The notes: generated from the letters alone by a model not told the origin. 62,637 bases of DNA, filler included, from Trichosphaerium sp. ATCC 40318 (GCA_038496445.1; 3 parts of 3 records of this genome joined end to end with filler, not necessarily neighbours in it); one strand, 5' to 3'; counted from the whole stretch's first letter, positions 14,701 to 26,436 are shown. Translations and numbers: made by a program.

Positions 14701-14791
14701 CGCCTTGGTTGTATAATAATACAAAAAAAAAAAAAAAAAAAAGGCAAACCTTTGATTCCTTCTCGTTTGTGGCTCCCGCATGTTGTTCCAT
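8790..14791 (-). CDS. Multidomain phospholipase D: CH - receiver-like - RCC1 repeats - PH-like - PLD1/2-type catalytic core
   Basis: HKD motifs SHHQKTVVID and YVHAKLMIVDD..IIGSANINDRS, YIENQ, LRMQLWKEHLG. Upstream exons give PH-like, RCC1 (VFAWGTGKRGELGLG), REC-like (VLWVHH...IITNKTR...PVMVY) and CH (FLEWVQ...NLTTDFRNGVNIIRLIEIL) segments; checked junctions splice in frame. Confidence 0.75.
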
Positions 14792-16584
14792 ACCATCAAA
14801 AAGGTGATATTTATGCTTGTATTTCAAGAAACGGCCAATAGCACTCGTTTGTAAAAACAGAACAACAAAAAAATGGAAATAATTGAATATTTTATTAAGT
14901 CCACTGTGGAGTTTTTTGACATTTATATTCCGCGCTACGTATACCAAATCTACAAATTCTGGACGTTGTACAATGAATTTTAAGCTTGTATGGCTTTTTT
15001 TTTTGAGAACTGCATGACGGCTGTTGTAGTCTACAGAAGCGCAGTGCAACGGGGATGATAACCGGTGGCCATCACTCCTTACGTACTCTACACTTTACGC
15101 TATGTCCCACGTGCCATTATTGGTATAAATAACGCAAAGTGTTTTTTTAAATGATACAAACACGACACGGGACGGCAATCTGTGCCACCATACGTTCATC
15201 GTGGCGTTTTTGCCCATTGTGGAGTATGTACGTTTGAACTTCGGTTGGTCTTCTTGTCACAGCCTCGCGCATTAAAAAGGTACATAAGAATTGGTGTTTG
15301 TTCGCTGTTTGGTGAGGTCGTTGCGATTCGCGACGTACAGGAAAGGCGAAAAAGAGGTAAAACGAGCGAATTTGTACGTACAAAGGCAAAAATGAGGTGT
15401 ACTGAGTAGTTTTGTGGATTTTTTTTTTAGTGGATACGAAAAATTAAAAAAAGAGCGCACACTACCGTTTGACTCCAAATCGAGCGTTTGAACGCGAACA
15501 AGAGAGAATCAAGGGGCTCCAGGGGCAAACAAAAATAAAAAAAAGCGTAACTGTTTGGCGCGGGCGGGTACAACGCTGGCAAGTTTTTTTTTGGTGTATT
15601 TTTTTGGAGATAGACAAAAACCATCATAAAAAGTGCTGTGGAGAAGATAAACGATTAAAAAGTGAGGCTTGGGACTGTGAAAACTCGATATTTTCGGGAA
15701 AGGAGCTCAGTCCTACAACCGTGTAGCCTAAGGGAGGCGTAAATGGAGAAAAGACTATGAGGCACAAACCGAAATCAAATTCCCCAAAAACGCCGGGCGA
15801 TTCACCTGCGCGGAAGGAAGAGGAAAATTTTTGAGCGGAACGCGCCTGCAGAAATCTCATCTCTTTCCCCTTGGCACAATCGAGAAAAAACAAAAAAAGA
15901 ACCGGTCGAATCGCAATAAGCGCATTTGAAGAAAATGCAGCAAAAAAACGCGACGTCGCGCAAGCCCTTTTGTTTTTTACCCGATGAACGAGCCCACAGG
16001 GAGTGCACGATGATGTGGGACCGCCCATCGTGCAGCACATTTACGGTGACTGGCCATCACGCCTGAGAAACACTCCAAAATACAGGAGCGCGATCGGGTG
16101 CGATGGTAAGCGCGAGGACCTATGATGCTGTCGTCTTCTGCCACATAAGCCCCTATGAAAACATGCCGTTAAAAAAGCATAACATAGGTAGTGGCAATTG
16201 ACTACTGGATCGGCAAACATAGTGAAGAGGGTAGCCTGTATTCATCTGCCGCAAGACAAAACACTTTAGAACAAACGGTTCTACTTGAGTTTTTGAGCGT
16301 TTTTGAGCATATGGCTGTAAGTCCTGTTTGCTGTGCAAACGCAATAAATCCTCTCTTCCGATTGGAAGATGGTGATATATCAGTGTTTTAGTTGCACTTA
16401 CGCACACACACATTCAAAAAACCCCACTAAGTAAATGGCTACTCTAGCTTTTCTTATGTGATAGAAAAGGACGAGTTGTGACGCGCCTCTTAGTATATCC
16501 ATCGATGACGATGCCAGGTGGGTAATGTGTTGTGCGCATGCAGCTTCAACATTGTATCCCACTCTTGCAGTAGCAGAAAGGGTT

Positions 16585-17312
16585 CTCTTCTAACATTATA
16601 ACGCACGTTTAAAGTACGGAGCGTAGAAATGTTAATCGAGTGCATTGGATACTCTCAATGACACAGCAACATCACACTAAATGTAGCGATGTCGTTGGTG
16701 ACTACAAAGTGCTCTTTTTCCACATGCAATGTGTTAATCGAGTTACTTTGTATCATTAGAATACCACACCTTGTTCACACAATCATTGTCCTTAGTGGAC
16801 CAATGTGTTGTTTAACAAGACTAGACATAGTACTCCTCCTTCATCTTATCTCTGTCATTGAATGACAGATTGATAAAGAGATGTCGATCGAGTTACTGTC
16901 ATTAAGACATGTTGAATTGAGTTTGTAGCCCCTGAGTGGGAAAACAAGTCGGTACAAATATGAGTTGAAGCCCTCAGTGGGCAACAACTACTTGTGTTCC
17001 AAAACACACACATGTGCTTCTTCTAGCATTAGAACACTCATCTTGAAGTGTAGAAATGCTAATCGAGCCATGTAAACAAACTTTAGCTATCTCCTCTAGC
17101 ATTAGAACACTTTACTACAAAGTGTAGAAATGCTAATCGAGTGGCAAGATTTGGTAAATATGCATTTCCTCCTAGTATGTGCAAGTCATATCACTAGGAG
17201 TACAAATGCAAGTTGAAGCCCTTAGTGGGCAACAACTGGCAATGTATGAACGCACGTGTTCTCTTCTAGCATTATAACACTTCTCAAGGAATGTGTAGAA
17301 ATGCTAATCGAG
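16585..17312 (+). repeat. Dispersed array of two covarying hairpin motifs in the rDNA upstream spacer (putative 5' ETS)
   Basis: TAGCATT-AGA-ACAC...GTGT-AGA-AATGCTA-ATCGAG at 16591, 17024, 17097, 17267, plus two degenerate copies; CC-TNAGT-GG hairpins at 16788, 16930, 16970, 17218. Confidence 0.8.
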
Positions 17313-18016
17313 TCCAGAGTCATACAACAAATACAACTCTGAGTATGTGATGAAAGGAATCAAAGTGTTCCAATTAATCCATAGAAGTTGTATAACCACA
17401 TCCAAAACACCCAATGGAAAGAAAAGTATCAAGTACTTGGGTAATAATAAATGTGGGCCTGAAGCAGTAATGCGAAAAAGGCAAATTGACGGAAAGGCAC
17501 ACAAGCCAAGTACATCAATAAAGTGTAGCTAATTGCTACAACTTGAGAGCTCAACAAGGAAAGGCACTGTCCAAGTACTTGAATAGCAAAGAAAAACAGA
17601 AATTAAAAGAGTGTATGAAAAATGATGCAGTTGCAAGCTATTACCGACGATGCCTCAAGGGCTACTCAGTAAAAATAGGCATGACTCATCAAGAAAAGTA
17701 GTCCATAAAAAGACACAACCCTATGCTGTTGTGGCAATGTGCTCTATGAGCATCTCTTGCCATAAAAACCATAACCAAGACATACTAGCTTCTTCTCCAA
17801 CAAGAAAGGCTAGTACTGTCCGGCACCAGGTATTTGTGATGTTCATCAAAAAAACCTTCATCTTACATCCTCCTTGAAAGAGAATAGGATTGTAGATTGA
17901 ATGGTTTCTTACGAAGTTCATTCTTCAAAAAACCACCTAAAAACCTCAACCACCTTTGGTCTGATGAGAAATTATTTTAAATGCAGCTATCTGCTTTAAA
18001 ACTCTGATGCAAAAGG

Positions 18017-20664
18017 TACCTGGTTGAGCCTGCCAGGAGTGATAAGCTTTCTCGAAGGATTAAGCCATGCAAGCTCAGCAAAGAGGTATCCTCGGAGCCG
18101 CAAACGGCTCCTTAAAACGGTCGTAACCCACCCGACAAGACTAATAATGGTCACGTCATTTTGCACACAGGAACTTGTTTTCCTAAACGCACTATAACCA
18201 AAACTCGTGGCCTCCCCCGCGGATAACCGGGATTAAAGGAAACCTGCGGCTAATACGTAATGCGCCTAGCGCTGCCGATGGGCCCCTCTGCTGCAAGGAC
18301 CCATCGGTCGCATCCAACGCTCAGGAGCGGACGATCACCCGATCCCATCTTGGTTCGCCAAGGGAAGCAGCCTCCCCTTAGGAAGCGGCGTCCGTACTCC
18401 GTCGGGAAGAGCGGCGTTGGGGCATGCGATGGAGTTATGAGGAGTTCTCTCTGACTAGACATGTTTCTAAAAAAATTTGTTAAAGTTTACATAAGTGAAA
18501 CTAGGTGAAAGAAAAATGAACACTGTTCAAATCTCGATCCTTCGCTGAATGTGCTTCTTCATAAAGATCATATCGATATAAAGTTGAGAGTTCTCCCCCT
18601 CCACGAGTCGGAAGGGCGGCCGACCTATCAGCCAGGCGGTAGGGTAACGGCCTACCGCGGCAGTGACGGGTAACGGGGAACTAGGGTTCGGTTCCCGGAG
18701 AAGGGGCATTAGATACGGCCCCTGTACTTACGGGTAACAGCAGGCGCGTAACTTGGCCATTGATTGCAAATCGAGCCAGCGACTGAGTGTAACGAGGCCG
18801 GCATTTAAACCGGTCGTCGCAATGAGGGGCAACTGAATGTCGCCCTGAGAAACTATTGGAGGACAAGTTGGGTGCCAGCACCCGCGGTAACACCCACTCC
18901 GAAAGCTTATACTTTTGCTGTTGCTGTTAAAGCGCTCGCAGTCCAAACAACGACACAGCTGAGAGGGACAAGGTTTAGATATAAGAATTTATTCTTTGAA
19001 CAAACCCCCCGACTCTTTTTCATCGCCCGACCAGGCATAAATGGCTTCGCTCAAACGCAAGGTCAGTTTAGGCTTCGGCCGCTATGCCACCCACCAGCAT
19101 CCTGGAATTGGGCTTTAAAAAAACAAAAAACAACACTTTACCAAGTGCGACGCTCAAGTCTCATTTTACTAAGTATGAACAATATCCTGAAATGCAAGTC
19201 TGAGTGAAAACTCATGTTCTTCATTAAGGGAATAAAAACATTGTGAACTACAAAAAGTATTTTGAGATCAAACTTGAGTTAGTCTTCACACTAATAAAGA
19301 ACACACGATTACTAGGTGCGTACGGGGTAGAGAGTGTGGTATCAGCGAGGAGTGAAATCTTTTGACCTGATCCAAACTACCCGAAGCGAAGGCGCTCTGC
19401 AAGGGCGTGGCCGGTGATCTAGAACGATGGTGGAGGGAGCGAAGCGGATTAGAGACCCGTGTAGTCTCCACAGTAAACGATGCCGACTGAATGGGCGCCG
19501 GGCAAACCAAGGCTCGGGGCCCGTTCCCACGGGAAACCGAAGTAATCGGGCCCAGGGGGGAAGTATGGTCGCAAGGCTGAAACTTAAAGGCATTGACGGA
19601 GCAACACCACCAGGCTCTGGAGGCTGCGGCTCAATTTGACTCAACGCGCGACAACTTACCGGGATCGGACGCTCTAAGGGGACGAACAGACTGAAGGGTC
19701 TTTTCCGAGTTAGCTAACGGTGGTGCATGGTCGTTTTAGGCTCGTGGACTTATCTGTCAGGTTTATTCCGATAACGGGCGAGATCGCTACTGTCACATTG
19801 ATTCCCCCGCTTCGTGCGGGACCCCTGTGCAGGACTGACGGCGAAAAGTCGTAAGAAGCGGCGGCTATAACAGATCCGGATGCCCCCAGATATTCCGGGC
19901 CGCACGCGGCCTACACTGCTTAGTTCAACGGGTTCCTGGGCCGAACAGGCATCCGGGCAAGCCCTGAAACCGCCAGAACACTTCTTCACGACAGCGAGTT
20001 AAACCTCAGATTTTATTATCTAAATACGACTACACTTAAACGCACCTTCGGAAACTACCACCTTCAAAACAAAGTCTGTCCTGAACCTAATATAAAGAGT
20101 TAACCCCCTCGTCGAGGCTTTTTAGGAAGTAATTCCTTTAATGTTAAGACGAGAAGCGCTGTTAGATGAAATTTATATCTTTGGACTCGTTTCCTTAGTA
20201 TAAACATTGAAAGAGCTGTGGATCGTTTCAAATTAACAAATAAGGTTTCTTCTTCACTTAAATGCTTTGACTTGGAAGATTATATCTTTACCAAGGCAAA
20301 CTTTATTATGAAGTAAGTTTCTGCAATGTTCATAAAAAAATACATGAAAGCGCACCGTGTGGTCGATTTGGATGTTAAGTGTGCTCAATGCTGCTTCTCC
20401 GAAAAGACACATGCGTGCTTAGGGACTGGTTGCTGTAACTGTAGCCACGAACGCGGAATGCCTCGTACAGGTGTGTCATCAACGCACCTGGAATCTGTCC
20501 CTGTTGCTTGTACACACCGCCCGTCGCATCGACCGATGTGGGTGCGAGTGAGACCAGGGGGGACGACCGGCTTGCCGGTTATCGAACCTGCTCGAACTTG
20601 CGCTCATAAAGGATGATGAAGTCGTAACAAGGTTTCAGTAGGTGAACCTGCTGAAGGATCAATA
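18017..20664 (+). rRNA. 18S rRNA, highly divergent, ~2.65 kb with AT-rich expansions
   Basis: TACCTGGTTGAGCCTGCCAG start, GTGCCAGCACCCGCGGTAA, AAACTTAAAGGCATTGACGG, TGTACACACCGCCCGTC, AAGTCGTAACAAGG...GAAGGATCA end. Confidence 0.97.
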
Positions 20665-20902
20665 CTATTGGTATTAAACCCTTAGAAGCAATTAAACCAA
20701 CTTTTAACCAAGTTTAAAAGAAAAAATTGGAGTATCAGCTCTGGTTTGGTAAATCTAATCTTACCTCGGTAAGTGAAGGTGTAATCATCCTCTGCTGTGG
20801 TGATATCTTGTATATCTGCCAGCTCCATAACCGCCATTTTGGCAAACAAAAAACACAGTCGTGGCACGACTATAAAGAACGTCAAGATTTTCGAAAGAAA
20901 CC
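20665..20902 (+). other. ITS1
   Basis: AT-rich spacer between the 18S end and the 5.8S-like sequence. Confidence 0.75.
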
Positions 20903-21068
20903 AAACCTTGTCGGTGAACGGTTAGGCACCTCCCCCGAAGAAGGCCATGGATCACTATGAAACCAGCCACCGGAATCGCTCTCATCTGAAGGTGGCATTG
21001 CCGAATGCCTCAGGCCGCGTTCTGTATTCTCACGAATCACAGGCAAAGGAGCGTGACTCAGCGACGCC
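20903..21068 (+). rRNA. 5.8S rRNA (divergent)
   Basis: Position; AACCTTGTCGGTGAAC...CGAAGAAGGC and CCGAATGC resemble 5.8S motifs; 3' end GACTCAGCGACGC pairs with 28S 5' GCGTCCTGAGTT. Confidence 0.8.
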
Positions 21069-21270
21069 AGCAAAACAAACACTAAATTTATTTGGTGCTG
21101 CGTATGGTGTACACACTTAATCTTCTAAAAAAAGAAAGTGGTTGCCACAACTAATTAATAAATTGCCGGAAGTGATGTTCCTCCAGAACTCATGCCTAGC
21201 TTACTTAAGCGAAGCTTCAGAGGGAAGGTTGGTTCATACTGAACTGAAAGCATAAAAAAACACAACAACT
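21069..21270 (+). other. ITS2
   Basis: Spacer enclosed by the 5.8S/28S proximal stem. Confidence 0.7.
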
Positions 21271-22168
21271 TGCGTCCTGAGTTACACTTGGCGACCTGCC
21301 TAAGTTAAGCATATCATTGGGGCAGAGGAAAGGAAACCAAAAGGGACTCCCTGAGTAGCGGCGAGCGAAAGGGGACAAGCTCAAGCCTGAATCCGAGCCT
21401 AGCATCGGAGTTGTGGGCTAAGGCGTGGTGGCTCTTCCAGACGTTGACGGGAATTACGCACGAGTCGTAGCCGTAGAGGTGCGAGCCCCGTACGCTGTCA
21501 ACCGAGGAAATAGAGTCCCATCGTCCAGGAGTAGTATGGTTTGGCCGTGCCATACGAAGTTACGGGAGGTTACCCGGCAAGGCTAAGTATCGGGAGGTGG
21601 CCGATAGCGCACCAGTACCGTGAGGGAAGACTGAAACAGCACTCCTCGATAGAGGGTTAAAAGACCCGAAGCCGCAAGGGTACAAATGGCACGGAGTACG
21701 TAGGTGCCCTGCACCTAATCTGCACATGGCAGACGCTCTTGTAGCGAGGAAAAGCGACCGGGGCCTTGTGCCCTGGAAGATTATAATGAAACAAAACGTC
21801 GAGGGAAGGTAACATAGAAGTGACTAACACAAAAAAGTCATACTGGCTAATGTGCTGTCCACACCATCCTACAAGCTGAAAAGCATAAAAACGTGTTTGG
21901 TTGAAAGGACATCAAAAAGCACTTTTAAACCTTTAAATATGTTGGTTCACTGAAATTACTGAAACCTCCGAATGTACGTCTTCTTCCGAAAGGAACGAAG
22001 TTCGTCATTCATCGTCCACAACCTCAATGAGGCTCTATGCCCTTATTGGGCCATGGCCTCCGTGTATCCCGTCTTGAAACACGGATCAAGGAGTTCGCCG
22101 AGCGTGCGAGGTGAGAGAAATCAAACCTCCAACCCGCACAGAAATGAAGCCAAGGATAAGCTCCTAGG
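21271..22168 (+). rRNA. 28S rRNA, 5' part (D1-D2), truncated by contig end
   Basis: TTAAGCATATCA...GAGGAAAGGAAAC, AGTACCGTGAGGGAA, CCCGTCTTGAAACACGGATCAAGGAG. Confidence 0.95.
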
Positions 22169-22268
22169 NNNNNNNNNNNNNNNNNNNNNNNNNNNNNNNN
22201 NNNNNNNNNNNNTTAATTAATTAANNNNNNNNNNNNNNNNNNNNNNNNNNNNNNNNNNNNNNNNNNNN
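22169..22268. other. Artificial contig spacer (N run with TTAATTAATTAA)
   Basis: 100 nt, six-frame stop linker, same as the second spacer. Confidence 0.97.
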
Positions 22269-23425
22269 CTATCCAGATCACCGAAGGTACGCATTTACGA
22301 GATCATCGCGTTTTTTTAACACGTTACACGTTTTTTTTGAGTGACATTTTGTGTATCTGTTAAAGCTGCTTTATTCGCTCAATTTGGTTCGTAAAGCGTG
22401 GTTGTAGCGAGATTGACACGTTTTACAATTTCTTTTTTTTGTTTCGGACTTTTTTCGTTTAGTTTTGTTCTTATCGGTCTTAGGTTCTTTAATTTCGCTC
22501 AAGCGCCTGATCAAGCTATTATTAGAAAGTATATAATGACGTCGTTGACCAAATATTACCTGCAGTAGATACAGAAGCAAATAATGCAAAAACAAATAAT
22601 GCAAAAGATCCGCGTATTGTTTTCGCTGGTGATTGTAGAGGTGCCTTGAATATTCTCCGATTTGTTGGTGAGAATAATCCAAAGTTTGTTGATACGCTTG
22701 TTCTTGAATGTCCATTTGTATCAGCTAAGAAGATGACGGATCGGTACGGCAACTTTATTTATTTTGATTGTTTCTTTTTTTTTTTCAATTTTTCTCCTTC
22801 TTACACACTTAGTATGGCTGAAATTTCATTGCCATGGATCCCTTATGGTGGTAGAATATTATACAACGTATTTGTGTTTTGGTTCCCTAATTATAAATCA
22901 CTCTGTCAGGTAAGCTTCGCATTCCTTTTTTTTTCTTGTTTCATTTGATTGCTTGAGATATTTACAAGCTTGTTTTTTAGGATCCAAAGGAGCTCTTGTC
23001 GAGCATAAAAGATAAGAATATATTTATTGGACATAGACAGGATGATTTACTTATTTCTGCTGATGCCATGGCTACAATTGTTTCTACTCTTTCGAAAAAT
23101 AATAAGGTTTATTTTTGGGTTGTTGATAAAGATGAGGATAATACAGCAAGTCATTCAGCTATTACAAATGCTCCTTCATTTCAAAAAGCTGTAAATGCTT
23201 TTTATAAAGAGGTTAACTTACCTCATGACGAGGAACTAGCACTATCTGTACGTGCAGACTTGTTCGAAACGCAGACAAGTTTTTTTTTCAAAATTTCTTC
23301 TTGTTTTGTATAAACGCACGTTTTTTGCACTGATTTTGTCTCTAATGGTTCCATAGGGTTCTAAATTACTAGATGTGGCTTTGATTAATTCTGACACGGA
23401 TGTTTGGAAGTACCTACACGCATAG
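22269..23425 (+). CDS. Alpha/beta hydrolase, 5'-truncated, multi-exon
   Basis: RIVFAGDCRGALNIL elbow, LVLECPF, QDDLLI acid, ASHSAI His. Confidence 0.65.
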
Positions 23426-23646
23426 AATTGGTTTTGCGCAAAACTGGAAATAAAATAAACAAAACTGTACAACAAGAACCCTCGGCGTTTCCAAAGAAGA
23501 TAACACTGTCGTCTTTAATTGTATTTCCTTTCTATTTGCATTTCTGGTGTTCATAAGCACTTGCAACGGCTTAAACAAAATTTTTGAAATTTCAAGTATT
23601 TCGAACTTATTAATGAGTTTCAGCGGTTACTAGTTCGCTCCACATT

Positions 23647-25912
23647 ATGATATACGCACTGAGAGGCTCCAGGGTAGTAGATACATCTCTGGCATGTAAT
23701 AGACGACAGTATTGTACCAATAGTAAAGAAAAGCTCAAATTCGCTATTGTAGGTGCGTAGAGAGTATCAATGAAGCCTATTTAATAAAACTTCATTAACA
23801 GGCGCTGGACCAGCTGGATTTTATACTGCAGATGGTATTTTGCGTAATAAAGATGCTGTAGTTGACATCTACGAAAAATGCGTTAACCCTTACGGCTTAG
23901 TACGCTCAGGTACTTACATACGCGTCGGTATTGTAAAAACAATATTCAGGTGTCGCACCAGATCACCCTGAAGTGAAATCAGTTCAAAACAAGTTTGATT
24001 CCATTTGCAGTAATCCAAGAGTAAGAGTACGTTCGATAGAGGGTTTATAAGCTATTTTCTTAGTGGCTTCAATAGTTCTTTGGCAACGTTAGTGTTGGAA
24101 CAGATGTACCAATTAGCGAACTTCAAAAACGTTACCATGGCGTTGTACTTGCTTATGGTACCTTTCTTATTGTAGTTAATGTATCTGTTAACGTTCTGTC
24201 TCCAGGAGCTGCATCCAATAAGGTGCTCAATGTACCTGGTAAAGATTTAAATGGTGTAAGTTTTGGGTTTAGGATTTTTTTTTGAAACAAAGTTGATTGG
24301 CCTCTCTCTCATTTCTGTAGGTTCACTCAGCTAGGAGTTTTGTTGAGCATTACAATGCATTGCTCGATGTACAGCTGGAAGCATCCGACGCATACGATCT
24401 TAGTAATTGTGCGTTGAGGCTTTTTCTTTTTTTTTTCTGTTGTGGTACTTAAAAAGGTTTTAGGTAAATCTGTTGCCATTATTGGAAACGGTAATGTTGC
24501 TGTTGATGTAGCACGTATAATATTGCGTAAACCAAGTGAATTAGAAGAAACTGATATTTCTTCAAACGTTTTAAAGTTGCTAAAGAGCAGTAATGTTAAA
24601 GAAATTCACATGATTGGTCGTAGGGGTACTTGGATTTGGCAATACTATCGCAACTATGTATCGTTTGTTCTAATCATACCTTGTAGGTCCAGTGCAGGCT
24701 GCATTTACAACAGCAGAGTTACGTGAACTGACACGTCTTGAGGGTGTTACGACAGGTAAATTATTTGAGAATTTTTTTCATTTCTTCTTTTTTTACGTAT
24801 TGTGCTCTGTTTTATCACGTGTTTGGAGTCTCACAAATGTTAGTGATTGATGGTGGTGTTTTACCTCTAACAGACGTTGATGAAGTGGATTTGGAAGAAC
24901 GTGTCGCAAAGAGAAAGTTTAAAGTTCTGGAGAAGCAACTTTCGAACAAACCATCAGAAAAAACTCTTTATTTACATTTCTTGAAGAGTGCGTTGACTCT
25001 CTTTCCTTGTCACTATTACCTTACTATTATATCTATAACTTATACATAAACAGGTCCATTAGAGTTTATGGGAAGAGAAGGAAAAGTGTGTGGTATTAGA
25101 CTAGTAAAGAACAAACTGGAGAAGCCTATTATGAACAATCTTCCTTTATTTAAAGAACCTGTCAAAGGTGCATCAAAAAACCAAAAAGCTGTTGCAACAG
25201 ATGAACAAGAAGAAATCGAATGTGATATGATATTTACTAGTATTGGGTATGACTAAGAGATATAAGTCAGTCGGTTCAGAACTGACATTTTATTTTTTTC
25301 CTGTTTTAGGTATAAGTCAACACCTATTGAAGGAGTACCGTTCAGCGAACAACAAGGCGTTATTCCTAATATTTATGGTCGTGTAAAAGCTAGTATGACT
25401 GGTGATGTTAATGAAGAAGCTATACGTAATCTTTACTGTGCTGGGTGGGTAAAACGTGGACCATCCGGTATCATAGGTACGTGACCAGTTGTTTTTTTCA
25501 TTGAGGATTTTTGGTTCCTGTTTACCATTGTTTTTCCTTGTACACTTCTTCAACACCGTACATCACTTTGATGTTCGTTGATAACATTCGATTTGATACT
25601 TGTTGGTGTTGTCTCGTGTTGTCGTATTTCTGAAGTAACTTGAAGTAACCTTTGTTAACTATTGTAGGTACAAACATTCCTGATGCTGATAGAACTGTTG
25701 AATCAATATTTGAAGACTTAAGCAATGGTAGTATAAAGAAACCTACTGAAGAGAGTGACGTTACATTGCCTAAAGATCATGTTACTTTCGAAGAGTGGAA
25801 GAAAATAGACGAAGCGGAGATCGAAGCTGGTAAATTACTAGGAAAAGAAAGAGAAAAGTTTTCAACAACAGAAGCCATGCTAAAGGTTTTGGATCGATCT
25901 ATAAATACATAA
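23647..25912 (+). CDS. FDXR: Mitochondrial NADPH:adrenodoxin (ferredoxin) oxidoreductase
   Basis: [71 protein letters not shown]. Confidence 0.93.
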
Positions 25913-26436
25913 GCATCTCCTTAGACATATAAAAAAGGAAAGATAGTGATACTTAGTATAAAGATTGCATAATCGAGGAGTAAGGGGGTTTTTATTCAAC
26001 AAAAGGTGTACAATACAATATATATTAAGAAGTTCATTCTACTGTGGAGTGATCCCTACTATTGCCTTTTCGTAGCTGTATACTAGGGATGACCTCCTAT
26101 TTAGTTAAGCTGCCGTGGTGCTTGAGTTCGACTTCCCACTGATTACCGAGCCTAAAAAACTCTTCAAGCATTCTTCTTGACTGGTAAGATTACCAACAAG
26201 TTTTACTTTTCTATTTCTCAGTACAAACATAAAAGTCCAGTGATACAATATTCAAAATGCATGTCAATGACACTCAGCCGTTATGTTATTCCTTATTGAT
26301 GCTAGTGTTGTGGTAGCGAATCAAGTTGTTAAGACTATTTAGGAGAGGTCATAGCGACTTTTACTCGTTGACTGTTAGACCAAAGTTGGCACGTGATTGA
26401 AATTTCCTTCGATATTACCAACAAACTTGAGCACAC

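Noticed and set aside
16040-16140. Possible 5S rRNA (TGGCCATCAC...)
   Set aside because: Only a few matching bases; no box C or loop E motifs and no terminal helix
17020-17312. CRISPR-like repeat-spacer array
   Set aside because: Eukaryotic rDNA spacer, irregular spacing, variable repeat interiors, no cas genes
19975-20410. Group I intron or homing endonuclease in 18S
   Set aside because: No convincing P7 (GACUA/UAGUC) or S element, no ORF, and the site lies in a variable region
18250-22220. ORFs in the rDNA listed in the ORF track
   Set aside because: Spurious ORFs overlapping rRNA
22213-22224. TTAATTAATTAA palindrome inside N runs (also near 48626)
   Set aside because: Artificial six-frame-stop linker; neighbourhood across it carries no information
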